Source: Aulosira sp. ZfuVER01 (GTDB taxonomy: Bacteria; Cyanobacteriota; Cyanobacteriia; Cyanobacteriales; Nostocaceae). Taken from it: a stretch of DNA of 64,000 nt. The stretch spans positions 96,001-160,000 of the forward strand of contig JAVRCV020000007.1 of assembly GCA_034530615.2 (NCBI GenBank). The letters are read 5' to 3'. How positions within the stretch are numbered: the stretch's first letter is position 1; each line of letters begins with the position of its first letter. The position numbers and the translations under genes are program-made. Positions 53,644 to 63,202 of the stretch are shown in pieces. The notes beneath the pieces are model-generated. The model saw only the letters and a program-made list of their open reading frames with translations, searched no databases and was not told where the DNA came from.

Positions 53644-54300
53644 CTATCCTTCTACTTTCTCAAAAGCTTTCTTCACCCAATACCCTCTAGGCGGCTTTTC
53701 TATACCATAAGCCTTACACCACTTCTCTACAGCTTTATCAGATACACCAAAATCTCTACCGATTTGCGCTGTAGGTTTTTCCCACACCAATTTTTCTAAT
53801 TTTTCTTTTGATGGCCTTTCTACCTTTCTGGTGTGAATTCTGGAGTCTGGATTAACTTTCCTAGTTGTTAAATCAACTCCAAATTCCTTGTAAGTTCGCT
53901 TGGGCGCTTCTTGAGTAAAGTTTGTAAAATCTTCCCACCAGTAAAACGGTGTAGCTGAATTAGGTATTTGAGTAGTGATGTAGCAACCACTAAAGTTAAC
54001 TGAAGGATAGACAACTTTATCGATATCAGGTAGATAAACAGCATAAAAATCAAAGTCTTCGGCTTGATATTTTTTCTGATGAGTACCACTCTTATCTACC
54101 CAGATAGTCCTATTGATTACTCTATTGTCTCCTGCATATTTAGCTTGTATCTTGTAAAATTTTTCATCTTTGTAAGCAACAAAATCAAATGGCAAATGCT
54201 CACACACTAGTGGTGTGAGAATTAAATAGCTTTTAACTGTTAGATCTGCGATCGCTTTTATAGCAGCAATATCACCTTTACTTTTTGTATGATGCAGCAA
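53644..54300 (-). CDS. I-Ssp6803I-like (group I intron-type) PD-(D/E)XK endonuclease with a C-terminal HTH
   Basis: TKSKGDIA...LPFDFV...KIQAK...DFYAVY resembles I-Ssp6803I; C-terminal IGRDFGVSDKAVEKWC HTH. Confidence 0.8.
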   Translation of the reverse strand: MLHHTKSKGDIAAIKAIADLTVKSYLILTPLVCEHLPFDFVAYKDEKFYKIQAKYAGDNRVINRTIWVDKSGTHQKKYQAEDFDFYAVYLPDIDKVVYPSVNFSGCYITTQIPNSATPFYWWEDFTNFTQEAPKRTYKEFGVDLTTRKVNPDSRIHTRKVERPSKEKLEKLVWEKPTAQIGRDFGVSDKAVEKWCKAYGIEKPPRGYWVKKAFEKVEG

Positions 54301-54368
54301 AACGAACCCTCAACCGATATAATTACTATATCATGTATCTTTGCTTAAGGGTTCGTATTTAATTAAAA

Positions 54369-54441
54369 CGAGCGCGGCAGGGTTCGAACCTGCGGCCGAT
54401 TGCTTAGAAGGCAATTGCTCTATCCACTGAGCTACGCGCCC
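54369..54441 (-). tRNA. tRNA-Arg (anticodon TCT), 73 nt, CCA not encoded
   Basis: Complete cloverleaf GGGCGCG...ATTGC-CTTCTAA-GCAAT...GCAGG-TTCGAAC-CCTGC-CGCGCTC-G. Confidence 0.97.
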
Positions 54442-54797
54442 AAGATGATACTGTGGCTCCCAAAAGAGTCATCTATACAATTATATCGTTTCCCTTAGCA
54501 AGAAGCAATTGAAAATTGCAGATTTCCCAGTGGGAAGGCTAAGATGCTAGTCGCTGGTTAGTCAATGTACACTAAAAACGAAATAAATGGACTGTTTGTT
54601 AGATATATTGTGTGGACAATGGGTTATTTGGGTGTAAGCGTCAATCACCTTTGGGTGGTGTACTGTAGATTAGCCTCTTGCGATCGCGAGGTAATGGTCT
54701 ACAGTATGCTAGGTAATCGCACTCTTGGCGATGTTTTCAAATCGGATTATAGATCGCATATCGAGAACGCCCCTGTGAGGAGTTATTTGCTAGTGCC

Positions 54798-55457
54798 ATG
54801 TTTATTCTCAAACGGCAGGATGTAGAAATATCAAGCATTCAGCACCCGAAGCGGGATCAGCCAATGCCAGTCCTCCACTATCAGGGGCAAACCTTTCGCT
54901 TGATTAGTGTTTTTAAAGCTAGCCAAGAGGAAGAAGCTAGAGCCTTGTGGAGAGAACTAACAGATCAACGAGGTAAAGCCTGTGTTTTGCTGGAAGAACC
55001 AGACCGCTATAGCGTCTGGGGTAAAATCCGCTTAGAGCAGCTAGGTAGTGACACAGGTGGTCACACTAAGACAGGAGTTTTTACCCAAGGCTGTATTTTG
55101 CTGCTGCAAGCTGTGTATGTAGACATTGAAGATTTTTTAGGTGCTAGGCAAGCGGCTTTATTTGAGAAAGATATTGCCGAAGTATTGCGGCAGAAGCAAC
55201 TTCCGCAAGCGTCTACACCAGAAGCAGTCAAATACTTGCTCAAACAAGACCCACTCGATACAACTAGCCTGCCTCCTTGGCAAGAAAATCACATAATTAT
55301 CTTTTTACAAGAACTCCACAGGCTAGGAAAAACTTATTTTGGCAATGCCAAATTCGCCCATCCAGTGGTCGATCGGTTACAAGATATGCCTGATGGAGAG
55401 CGATCGCTGTTTATCACTTGGCTAAATCAATCTCCAATGAGTAAACTGTGGCAATAG
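54798..55457 (+). CDS. Conserved cyanobacterial hypothetical protein
   Basis: MFILKRQDVEI start; intact 219-aa ORF. Confidence 0.8.
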   Translation: MFILKRQDVEISSIQHPKRDQPMPVLHYQGQTFRLISVFKASQEEEARALWRELTDQRGKACVLLEEPDRYSVWGKIRLEQLGSDTGGHTKTGVFTQGCILLLQAVYVDIEDFLGARQAALFEKDIAEVLRQKQLPQASTPEAVKYLLKQDPLDTTSLPPWQENHIIIFLQELHRLGKTYFGNAKFAHPVVDRLQDMPDGERSLFITWLNQSPMSKLWQ

Positions 55458-55620
55458 CATAGACAGAGTGGGAAAAACTGTTGCCACGGATAGTTGCTTT
55501 TGGCATCTGATTGTGTATTGTTTGGCAGAGCAATTGACTAGTTGGTTTTCAGATAAACTGCTTCCCACACAGTCATGCACGTCAAAATACTGCCAAAGTG
55601 CGTTTACATAGTCAAGCCTT

Positions 55621-56478
55621 ATGAGTAGTTCATACGAAAAATCCTACAGTTCTAAATCTATTTTCACAACAGGGAACATCGTCTTGCTTGGCATTGGCTG
55701 GGCTGTACTGGCACTGCTATACTTTTTATTGTTTAGCGCTAAAGTGCCAGGGCCAGATGGTGTAGAAAGTCGTGCCGAGTGGTATGTAATTGGTACAAAT
55801 ATTTTTGAAGCCGTAGCTTACCTGGGTGCCAGTATCTTATGCTTGAGGAATTGGCGTAGTCCACAAATCGTCAGTGGTCGAAATGTTTGGCTCGCCATCG
55901 GCATAGGTATGGTGTCTTATTTCCTAGGGGGGATATTTTTCGGTTATACGGAAATAATCTTAAAAGAAGAACCGGATGTTTCTATTGGCGATGTGTTTTT
56001 TGTAATAAATTATCTGTTTGTTGGTGTAGGCATGATTTTGGCAGCGGCTCATAGGCGAATCAATCTCGAAAAATGGCAATGGCTAATTGTTTTAGCAATT
56101 GGCGTGTTTGGTAGTTTGTTAGCCTGGTGGATTTCGCTGCAACAGACAAAATCTTTAGATTTGCTAGGCACTGTTTTGAATTGGTTTTATGTCGTTAGCG
56201 ATGTAGCTATTTTAATTATTGCCACTACTTTGCTATTAGCCTTTTGGGGAGGCAGAGTTGCCCAATCTTGGAGAATGATTGCAGCCGCAGCGTTTTCGCT
56301 CTACATTGCAGATATGTGGTTTAAATACGCCACCAATTCGATTCCCAATTATCAAAGTGGAGAGATGCTAGAAGTGTTTTGGGTTTGGAGTGGAGTTTTA
56401 TTTGGTATGGGCGCTGTTTTGGAATATGACGCATCATTGAGCCGATCGCGGCGGGAGCGAGGAAAAAAACGAGCTTAG
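55621..56478 (+). CDS. Hypothetical multi-pass membrane protein
   Basis: About 8 hydrophobic segments. Confidence 0.8.
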   Translation: MSSSYEKSYSSKSIFTTGNIVLLGIGWAVLALLYFLLFSAKVPGPDGVESRAEWYVIGTNIFEAVAYLGASILCLRNWRSPQIVSGRNVWLAIGIGMVSYFLGGIFFGYTEIILKEEPDVSIGDVFFVINYLFVGVGMILAAAHRRINLEKWQWLIVLAIGVFGSLLAWWISLQQTKSLDLLGTVLNWFYVVSDVAILIIATTLLLAFWGGRVAQSWRMIAAAAFSLYIADMWFKYATNSIPNYQSGEMLEVFWVWSGVLFGMGAVLEYDASLSRSRRERGKKRA

Positions 56479-56499
56479 AAAAGATTTTTGGTATCTACC

Positions 56500-57579
56500 G
56501 TGAGAAAATTAACTGATTCTGACAAACAAGAAATTCTGAAACTATATCGAGAAACTGCCGAAACCACCTCAACTTTGGCGGAACGCTATGACGTTAGTAA
56601 CTCGACAATTAGCCGTCTGCTGAAAAGTACTTTGCCAGAAGACGAGTACGAGTACCTTGTTTCCTTAAAACGTGCGGCAAGAACTCCCGAAGGCAGGGCA
56701 CAGGTAAACTATGAGCAGTTACCGCTGTTGAGTCAGCCACAGCCAGAAAAAGAAATTAAGAGCAAAGACAACCTTCCCTTAAAGTTGTCTGAGGTTGAGC
56801 CAGAGGAAGTAGTAGCAGAATCTCCAGAAGAAGATGGTAGGGAAACCCCCGCTATCAGACGGGTGCGGCGGCGCTCTTCAGCGGAGGCAAAACCGACGAA
56901 GCCGACCGCAGCAGAGCAACTGGAAATTTTACCCAAAAAACAACCCGAAGCGCCAATCATCCCCAGTCCGAAACTGCCAGAAATAGTCAGTCTTCCTAGT
57001 CCCAAGCCACCGGAAGTCGCCAGCATTCCTAGTCCCAAGCGGCCAGAAATTGCTAGCATTTCTACTCCCTTGTTGGATGATGAGCGTTCACAAGCAAACG
57101 TTTTTGCCCAAATGCTAGGTGAAGACTTGCTAGATGAGTCAGAGGATTTGGATGACTTAGAGGACGATTTAGACGAAGAGGATGACTTTGAGGATGAGGA
57201 TGAGGAAGATGATTTTGAGGAACAAAGACCTCTAGTTACAAGACGCAGACCCGGTGAAGCACCAGTTCAGGTGTTGCCATTGTCGTCAGCGCACTTGCCC
57301 AAAACTTGCTATTTGGTCATTGACAGATCCTCAGAATTAATTACTCGACCGCTGAGAGACTTTGGTGATTTGGGGCAAATTCCCAGCTTGGAAACTCAGC
57401 AAAGAACTCTACCAGTGTTCGATAACCACCGCGTAGCCAAGCGCTTTTCTACCAAGCGCGATCGCGTGATTAAAGTGCCTGATAGTAAAATGCTGCAAAA
57501 GGCTCGGACTCATCTGCAAGCTAAAGGCATTACCCGACTGTTGATCGATGGTCAGGTATATTCCTTATCTCCAGTTTAG
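56500..57579 (+). CDS. Hypothetical protein: N-terminal HTH, Pro-rich repeats, acidic tract
   Basis: LAERYDVSNSTISRLLK HTH; 11-aa repeats; D/E run; start is approximate. Confidence 0.8.
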   Translation: MRKLTDSDKQEILKLYRETAETTSTLAERYDVSNSTISRLLKSTLPEDEYEYLVSLKRAARTPEGRAQVNYEQLPLLSQPQPEKEIKSKDNLPLKLSEVEPEEVVAESPEEDGRETPAIRRVRRRSSAEAKPTKPTAAEQLEILPKKQPEAPIIPSPKLPEIVSLPSPKPPEVASIPSPKRPEIASISTPLLDDERSQANVFAQMLGEDLLDESEDLDDLEDDLDEEDDFEDEDEEDDFEEQRPLVTRRRPGEAPVQVLPLSSAHLPKTCYLVIDRSSELITRPLRDFGDLGQIPSLETQQRTLPVFDNHRVAKRFSTKRDRVIKVPDSKMLQKARTHLQAKGITRLLIDGQVYSLSPV

Positions 57580-57584
57580 ATTTT

Positions 57585-57917
57585 ATGGAAACACCTACTG
57601 GCTATGGTGTGGTATTGACGACTGCTGGCAATATCCAAGAGGCAAAAGCGATCGCAAATGCCCTTGTGGAAGCTAAACTCGCTGCTTGTGTGAGTATGTT
57701 CCCCATCCACTCGGTTTACACCTGGGAAGGGGAAATAAATGCAGAGGATGAATGGCAGTTGTTAATTAAAACTGATTTGGTACAATTTCCGACTGTTGAA
57801 GCCAAAATCCGGGAAATGCACTCCTATGTGGTGCCAGAAGTCATTGCTCTACCAATTCTTACAGGTTCTCAACCCTACTTGCACTGGATTTCTGAACAGG
57901 TAAAGGGTGAGAGGTAG
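57585..57917 (+). CDS. cutA: Divalent-cation tolerance protein CutA
   Basis: LVEAKLAACV, SVYTWEG, HSYVVPEVI. Confidence 0.93.
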   Translation: METPTGYGVVLTTAGNIQEAKAIANALVEAKLAACVSMFPIHSVYTWEGEINAEDEWQLLIKTDLVQFPTVEAKIREMHSYVVPEVIALPILTGSQPYLHWISEQVKGER

Positions 57918-57990
57918 GCAATTCCTCAAAATTACTAGCCCCATCTTCCTATTTCCCTAGGAGATGGGGTTATTTTGTCACATCGACCAA

Positions 57991-58932
57991 TTAGCTATAA
58001 ACAGCAACGGCAAAACGAGTTGCCAAGTTAATAATGTCTTGTTTGCGGGCAATTTGGTTAATCCATTCTTGGGGAATATTCTCCACCCCGTAATAAATTC
58101 CTGCTAATCCACCAGTGACGGCGGCGGTAGTATCCGTATCTCCACCTAAATTTACAGCTTTCAACACTGCTTCAGAGTAAGATGAGCTATTTAACAAGCA
58201 CCACAGCGATGCCTCTAGGGTATCAATCACATAGCCACCAGAATTAATCTCTTCTACTGGTAGCTTACCGACTTCACCACTGTAGATTCTGGCAAAATGG
58301 AGTTTTTCTAACAAATATTCCCGCACAGAATAAATTGTTTGAATTTTGTCTAAACTTTGTAAATAAGCTGTTTGAGGATCAGCTCCTTCTAGCAAGGCAG
58401 CGGCGATTGTAATATAAATGCCACAGGCCATTTGCGATCGCGCATGGGCATGAGTAATTGCAGAAACATCATGTACCCGTGCCATTAATTCGCTAAAACT
58501 TAAGCTTTTGTGATAATAAGCCATTGGCAAGATTCTCATCAACGAACCATTACCATTGGTATTTTCAATTTTTCCACCTGCTTCTCGGGGTAAAATACCC
58601 TGTTTCAGGCGCATAATCGCTGCATGGGTGGTATTGCCAATATCAAATAGTTCACCACGGGGAGTCCAGTAAGCAGCTTTGTACCAGCGCCAAAAGGAAT
58701 TGGCTATAGCATCTAACGAATAGCCTCTACAAAGACTCTCTGCCAAGCAAAACGTCAACGAACTATCATCTGACCAAGTTCCTGGTGGTTGATTCCATGT
58801 GCCATAACCCAACATCTTTGTTACTGGAGATTTCACTCGTTCAGCGCGGCTAGTAAACTCCACTGGCACACCCAACGCATCACCAATGCATAAACCCATC
58901 AATCCAGACAACGTTTTTGCAGCGGTTAGCAT
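57991..58932 (-). CDS. ADP-ribosylglycohydrolase family protein
   Basis: GDALGVPVEF, WSDD, GNGSLMR, GGDTDT. Confidence 0.92.
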   Translation of the reverse strand: MLTAAKTLSGLMGLCIGDALGVPVEFTSRAERVKSPVTKMLGYGTWNQPPGTWSDDSSLTFCLAESLCRGYSLDAIANSFWRWYKAAYWTPRGELFDIGNTTHAAIMRLKQGILPREAGGKIENTNGNGSLMRILPMAYYHKSLSFSELMARVHDVSAITHAHARSQMACGIYITIAAALLEGADPQTAYLQSLDKIQTIYSVREYLLEKLHFARIYSGEVGKLPVEEINSGGYVIDTLEASLWCLLNSSSYSEAVLKAVNLGGDTDTTAAVTGGLAGIYYGVENIPQEWINQIARKQDIINLATRFAVAVYS

Positions 58933-59463
58933 TATTCAGTCTCCATAGAAGTCCCTAAAAGTTAACTTTATAGATTCCCTCTAGAGCTTATTGCAATAGC
59001 TGCTACAACCTACTGTTTTATCCAGGGTAGAAATATTTTCAGCATGAGATTTATAGATGATTTTCTCTTACCCAGATCGGCTAATTTTTCTTACTATTTA
59101 TTGTGCCAGTTTAAAAAGCGTCTACCTCGAGAAAAAAATTCCAAATGACACAATAATAGTGCGTAACTATAGCACTTCTATATTAAAGCTTAGATTGCTG
59201 CAAAGCTTGTCAGTTGTAAACATTAATAATTTAGTAAAAATATTTATCCGCAAGGGAACTCTTGATTTTATTAGTAGTCAGTGGTCAGCAGCCAAGAAAT
59301 ATATGACAAAAGTCATGAGTCAATACACCAAATCCTTGCAACAACTAAGCAATAAAAAATGACACAGAAATCGCGGTAAAAATTGTCAATTAAATAGGAA
59401 CATTTTTTCCACGTTTTCGACTTGTAATTTAACAGCAAAAAAATACAATATTTGGTGAAGATT

Positions 59464-60000
59464 ATGAAAGGTTTTCTCAAGTCTCTTCTTACAATTTCTG
59501 CATTGTCTTCTTTAGTAGTTGCTCCTCTGTTGTTGAATGCTGGTCAAGCTTCTGCTGAAACACAAAATGGTACTGATGCTAGCTATATTGGTGCAGGTGT
59601 TGCCGCTGGCGTGACTAATGGCGGACAACTCGGTCAAGATGCTCAATTTGGTGGTAATTTAACAGGTCGTTTAAAATTAGGCCCCACTCCATTTTCAGCA
59701 CGTACTCAAGTCCTGTTTACCGATCAGACGACTGCTATCATCCCCCAAGTTTCCGTAGACGCACCAATTGCTAAGGGAACTAACGTCTTTTTAGGTGCTG
59801 GTTACTCTTTTGTGGAAGCCAATGGTAAACAATCTCCCCTAGGCGATCGAGATGGCGTAGCGCTAACTGCTGGTGTGGAATCTGAAGTGTCCAAAAACTT
59901 CCTTGTCTACAGCAATGCCACTTTGGGTATGAAAACATATCAAAATAGCCCTGCTTCGGCTGTCAGCATTCAAGGTGGTCTCGGTTATCGCTTTAGATAA
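59464..60000 (+). CDS. Small outer-membrane beta-barrel protein
   Basis: Signal peptide (ASA), amphipathic strands, terminal GLGYRF. Confidence 0.75.
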   Translation: MKGFLKSLLTISALSSLVVAPLLLNAGQASAETQNGTDASYIGAGVAAGVTNGGQLGQDAQFGGNLTGRLKLGPTPFSARTQVLFTDQTTAIIPQVSVDAPIAKGTNVFLGAGYSFVEANGKQSPLGDRDGVALTAGVESEVSKNFLVYSNATLGMKTYQNSPASAVSIQGGLGYRFR

Positions 60001-60304
60001 AGCTATTCATTAACGCAGCGCACAGACTCGCAGGGAATAGGGAATAGGTATTCTTAATAGTGGCAAGGGAAGTCAGCTGTTTGTTCTAAAGTTCAAGATG
60101 TCATAGTTTGGCACAACCATATATACTGGTATGCTGGTTTTGTTAAGTGTTGCATCACTAACAAAGCCGGCTTTTGCCGTGTTAAAATTAAAATATTCCT
60201 CATAATTCCGACCGGATTTCCGGGGATCATCTAGCCGAATAGCGCTTTGAAATTTGCAGCTTCGGCGTCTACTGATGCCTTATTGAGAAAAGTCTACAAC
60301 TCTA

Positions 60305-62320
60305 ATGGTTAAATCTCCTCCTTCCCCGATTGCCAGCCGTAAGCCTTCCAAAGTAGAAGGAATCAAGGAAAACAGTAATTTTTTGCGTGAACCCGTAGCC
60401 ACCGAGATACTTCAGGATACTACTCACTTTAGTGAAAATGCAGTGCAGTTGCTGAAGTTTCATGGATCTTATCAGCAAGATAACCGTGATAATCGCACCA
60501 AGGGGCAGGAGAAAGATTACCAGTTTATGCTGCGGACGAAAAACCCTGGTGGATTAGTACCGCCGCAGCTGTATCTTGCTTTAGATAAGCTGGCTGATGA
60601 ATATGGAAACCACACATTGCGGGCAACTACCCGTCAAGGATTTCAGCTACACGGGATTTTAAAGAAAAATCTCAAGGCTGCGATCGCTTCCATCGTCAAC
60701 AACCTGGGTTCTACCTTGGGCGCTTGTGGCGATGTCAACCGTAATGTCATGGCTCCCCCAGTACCCTGGAAGAATCGCCCAGAATATCAGTACGCTTGGG
60801 AATATGCTCAAAATATTGCTGATTTGCTGTCACCCCAAACTGGTGCTTATTACGAAATTTGGCTAGATGGCGAAAAAGCAATTAGCGCAGAGGAAAGCCC
60901 AGAGGTAAAAGCAGCGCGACAAAGCGATAGTAATGGGACACTAATCAACAATTCCGAAGAACCCCTCTATGGCACTTACTATATGCCCCGCAAGTTTAAA
61001 GCTTGTGTAACAGTGCCTGGGGATAATTCCATTGATTTATATTCCCAAGACCTGACTTTAGTAGTAATTACCAATAAGAAAGGCAAACTAGAAGGATTTA
61101 ACGTGTTTGCTGGTGGTGGTTTGGGACGGACACACAATAAAGAAGAAACCTTCGCCAGAATTGCAGATCCCATTGGCTATGTGGACAAAGATGATGTTTA
61201 CGACATCGTCAAAGCAATAGTTGCCACCCAGAGAGATTATGGCGATCGCACTGACCGCCGCCACGCTAGATTAAAATATTTAATTCACGATTGGGGCGTA
61301 GATAAGTTCCGCGCTAAGGTCGAAGAATATTTTGGCAAAGCGATCGCCCCCTTTAAAAAACTGCCAGAATTCAAATATTATGACTTTCTGGGATGGCAGG
61401 AACAAGGTGATGGCAAGCTGTTCTTGGGTATCTCCATCGATAACGGCCGGGTAAAAGACGAAGGTTCGTTTCAACTAAAAACCGCCTTACGGGAAATTGT
61501 TGAGCAATTTAACTTGCCCATCCGCCTCACACCCAACCAAAACCTGCTTTTTTACGAAATTGCACCAGAAGATAAACCCGCGATTCAAGAAATTCTCGAC
61601 CGTTGTGGCATTGTCTCAGACCCCAGCCAAATTGCACCTTTAGAAAGGCTATCAATGGCTTGTCCGGCTTTACCAACTTGCGGTTTAGCAATCACTGAAT
61701 CAGAACGGGCAATCCCAGGCATTTTAGAACGGATTACCAAAGTTTTAGATAAAGTTGGTTTACAAAATGAGCAGTTTGTGGTGAGAATGACAGGCTGTCC
61801 TAATGGCTGCGCTCGTCCTTACATGGCTGAATTAGGTTTTGTGGGGAGTGCGCCGGAAAGTTATCAAGTATGGTTAGGCGGTTCGCCAAATCAGACACGG
61901 TTAGCACAGCCTTACATGGAACGGCTGCACCATAACGACTTGGAAACCCAGCTAGAACCGATTTTCGTTTACTTTAAGCAGTCAAGAAAATCTGAAGAAA
62001 GCTTTGGCGATTTTTGCGATCGCGTCGGTTTTGATGCCATCCGCGAATTTGCTGCTAATTACACAGATCAAACCGTTGCAGCGACAGTTACAGACGATAG
62101 CGATGGTTTAGTTGAGGCAATAGCAGACTCAAGAACCGTAGAAAGTGACGGACAAGAAGTGGCGATCTCCAATACGACTATCGCCACCTATAAAACCCGC
62201 CGTCGTGTAAGCCTGCAACATGAGATTTATGACAAGCTCAAAGCTGCTGCAAGCAGTCAAGGTAAGCCGATGACGGACTTGGTAAATGAGGCGCTGGAGG
62301 CTTATTTACAGAATCTCTAG
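60305..62320 (+). CDS. sir: Ferredoxin-dependent sulfite reductase
   Basis: [26 protein letters not shown] and TGCPNGC siroheme/Fe-S ligands. Confidence 0.96.
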   Translation: MVKSPPSPIASRKPSKVEGIKENSNFLREPVATEILQDTTHFSENAVQLLKFHGSYQQDNRDNRTKGQEKDYQFMLRTKNPGGLVPPQLYLALDKLADEYGNHTLRATTRQGFQLHGILKKNLKAAIASIVNNLGSTLGACGDVNRNVMAPPVPWKNRPEYQYAWEYAQNIADLLSPQTGAYYEIWLDGEKAISAEESPEVKAARQSDSNGTLINNSEEPLYGTYYMPRKFKACVTVPGDNSIDLYSQDLTLVVITNKKGKLEGFNVFAGGGLGRTHNKEETFARIADPIGYVDKDDVYDIVKAIVATQRDYGDRTDRRHARLKYLIHDWGVDKFRAKVEEYFGKAIAPFKKLPEFKYYDFLGWQEQGDGKLFLGISIDNGRVKDEGSFQLKTALREIVEQFNLPIRLTPNQNLLFYEIAPEDKPAIQEILDRCGIVSDPSQIAPLERLSMACPALPTCGLAITESERAIPGILERITKVLDKVGLQNEQFVVRMTGCPNGCARPYMAELGFVGSAPESYQVWLGGSPNQTRLAQPYMERLHHNDLETQLEPIFVYFKQSRKSEESFGDFCDRVGFDAIREFAANYTDQTVAATVTDDSDGLVEAIADSRTVESDGQEVAISNTTIATYKTRRRVSLQHEIYDKLKAAASSQGKPMTDLVNEALEAYLQNL

Positions 62321-62332
62321 TTAGAAATTTCA

Positions 62333-62430
62333 ACCGCCGATAAACGAGCCAGTGCGTTGGGCGGCTTCGCCGACTTGAAGCAACTGGTGTGCCGATGAAC
62401 GCTGATAATTTATCAGTATCATCGGCGTTT
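62333..62430. repeat. Hairpin repeat interrupted by a 45-bp small dispersed repeat
   Basis: Removing 62346-62390 restores a perfect 12-bp IR AAACGCCGATGA / TCATCGGCGTTT. Confidence 0.7.
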
Positions 62431-62439
62431 TATAATCTC

Positions 62440-63147
62440 ATGACTCAACTACAACGAATTGCGATCGCACCTTCTCAACTCCAACAAAGGCAAATTTTAC
62501 TCACCAAAGAGCAACAACATTACCTAGCGCGTGTGTTGCGTTTGCGTGAAGGCGATCGCTTTATTGCTATGGATGGTAGGGGTAAATGGTGGTTGACGCA
62601 GTTAGTAGGGGAGCAAGGGCAGGTATTAGAAGCTTTGGTGGTGGAAACTGAGTTACCTGTATCAATTACGCTGATGGTAGCTTTACCCAAAGGTAATGGC
62701 TTTGATGACATAGTGCGCTGCTGTACAGAGTTGGGAGTAACTACTATTGCCCCAGTATTGAGCGATCGCACTCTGCTGCAACCTAGCCCCCAAAAACTCG
62801 AACGCTGGCGGCGGATTGCGGCGGAAGCGGCTGAACAATCGGAACGGGCTTTTGTACCGACAATTTTAGAACCTGTAGCTTTTAGCGATAGTTTGTCATT
62901 GGACAACAGCCACAAATATATCTGTGAAGCCCGTGGTAATTTCCCACATCTCAAAAATTGCTTACCACACCAAGAACAAGGAACAATTGTTATCGCCACA
63001 GGCCCAGAGGGAGGGTGGACGCAGCAAGAAATTGATAGTGCGATCGCGGCGGGATTTCAAGCCGTTTCCCTTGGTCGGCGCATCCTACGAGCAGTGACAG
63101 CGCCAATAGTAGCTTTATCACTAGTTTCCGCAGCTTGTGAAGTATAA
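62440..63147 (+). CDS. rsmE: 16S rRNA m3U1498 methyltransferase RsmE
   Basis: HYLARVLRL, TELGV, AAEQS, GPEGG, LGRRILRA. Confidence 0.95.
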   Translation: MTQLQRIAIAPSQLQQRQILLTKEQQHYLARVLRLREGDRFIAMDGRGKWWLTQLVGEQGQVLEALVVETELPVSITLMVALPKGNGFDDIVRCCTELGVTTIAPVLSDRTLLQPSPQKLERWRRIAAEAAEQSERAFVPTILEPVAFSDSLSLDNSHKYICEARGNFPHLKNCLPHQEQGTIVIATGPEGGWTQQEIDSAIAAGFQAVSLGRRILRAVTAPIVALSLVSAACEV

Positions 63148-63202
63148 ATGATGTATATCTCGCGCCTTTGTGTGAGACATTCTGACTGCGGTAAATAAAG
63201 TG

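Noticed and set aside
53473..54441. Group I intron interrupting a tRNA and encoding the endonuclease
   Set aside because: tRNA-Arg is intact; the Thr fragment is a different tRNA on the opposite strand; no intron core was recognisable.
56500..57579. Transposase, suggested by the N-terminal HTH
   Set aside because: No DDE or HUH catalytic domain and no terminal repeats; it sits in an ordinary operon with cutA.
59057..59362. 101-aa ORF and similar AT-rich intergenic ORFs (28234, 31638, 31911, 41015, 54565)
   Set aside because: No recognisable motifs or RBS, and they overlap promoter regions; most likely spurious.
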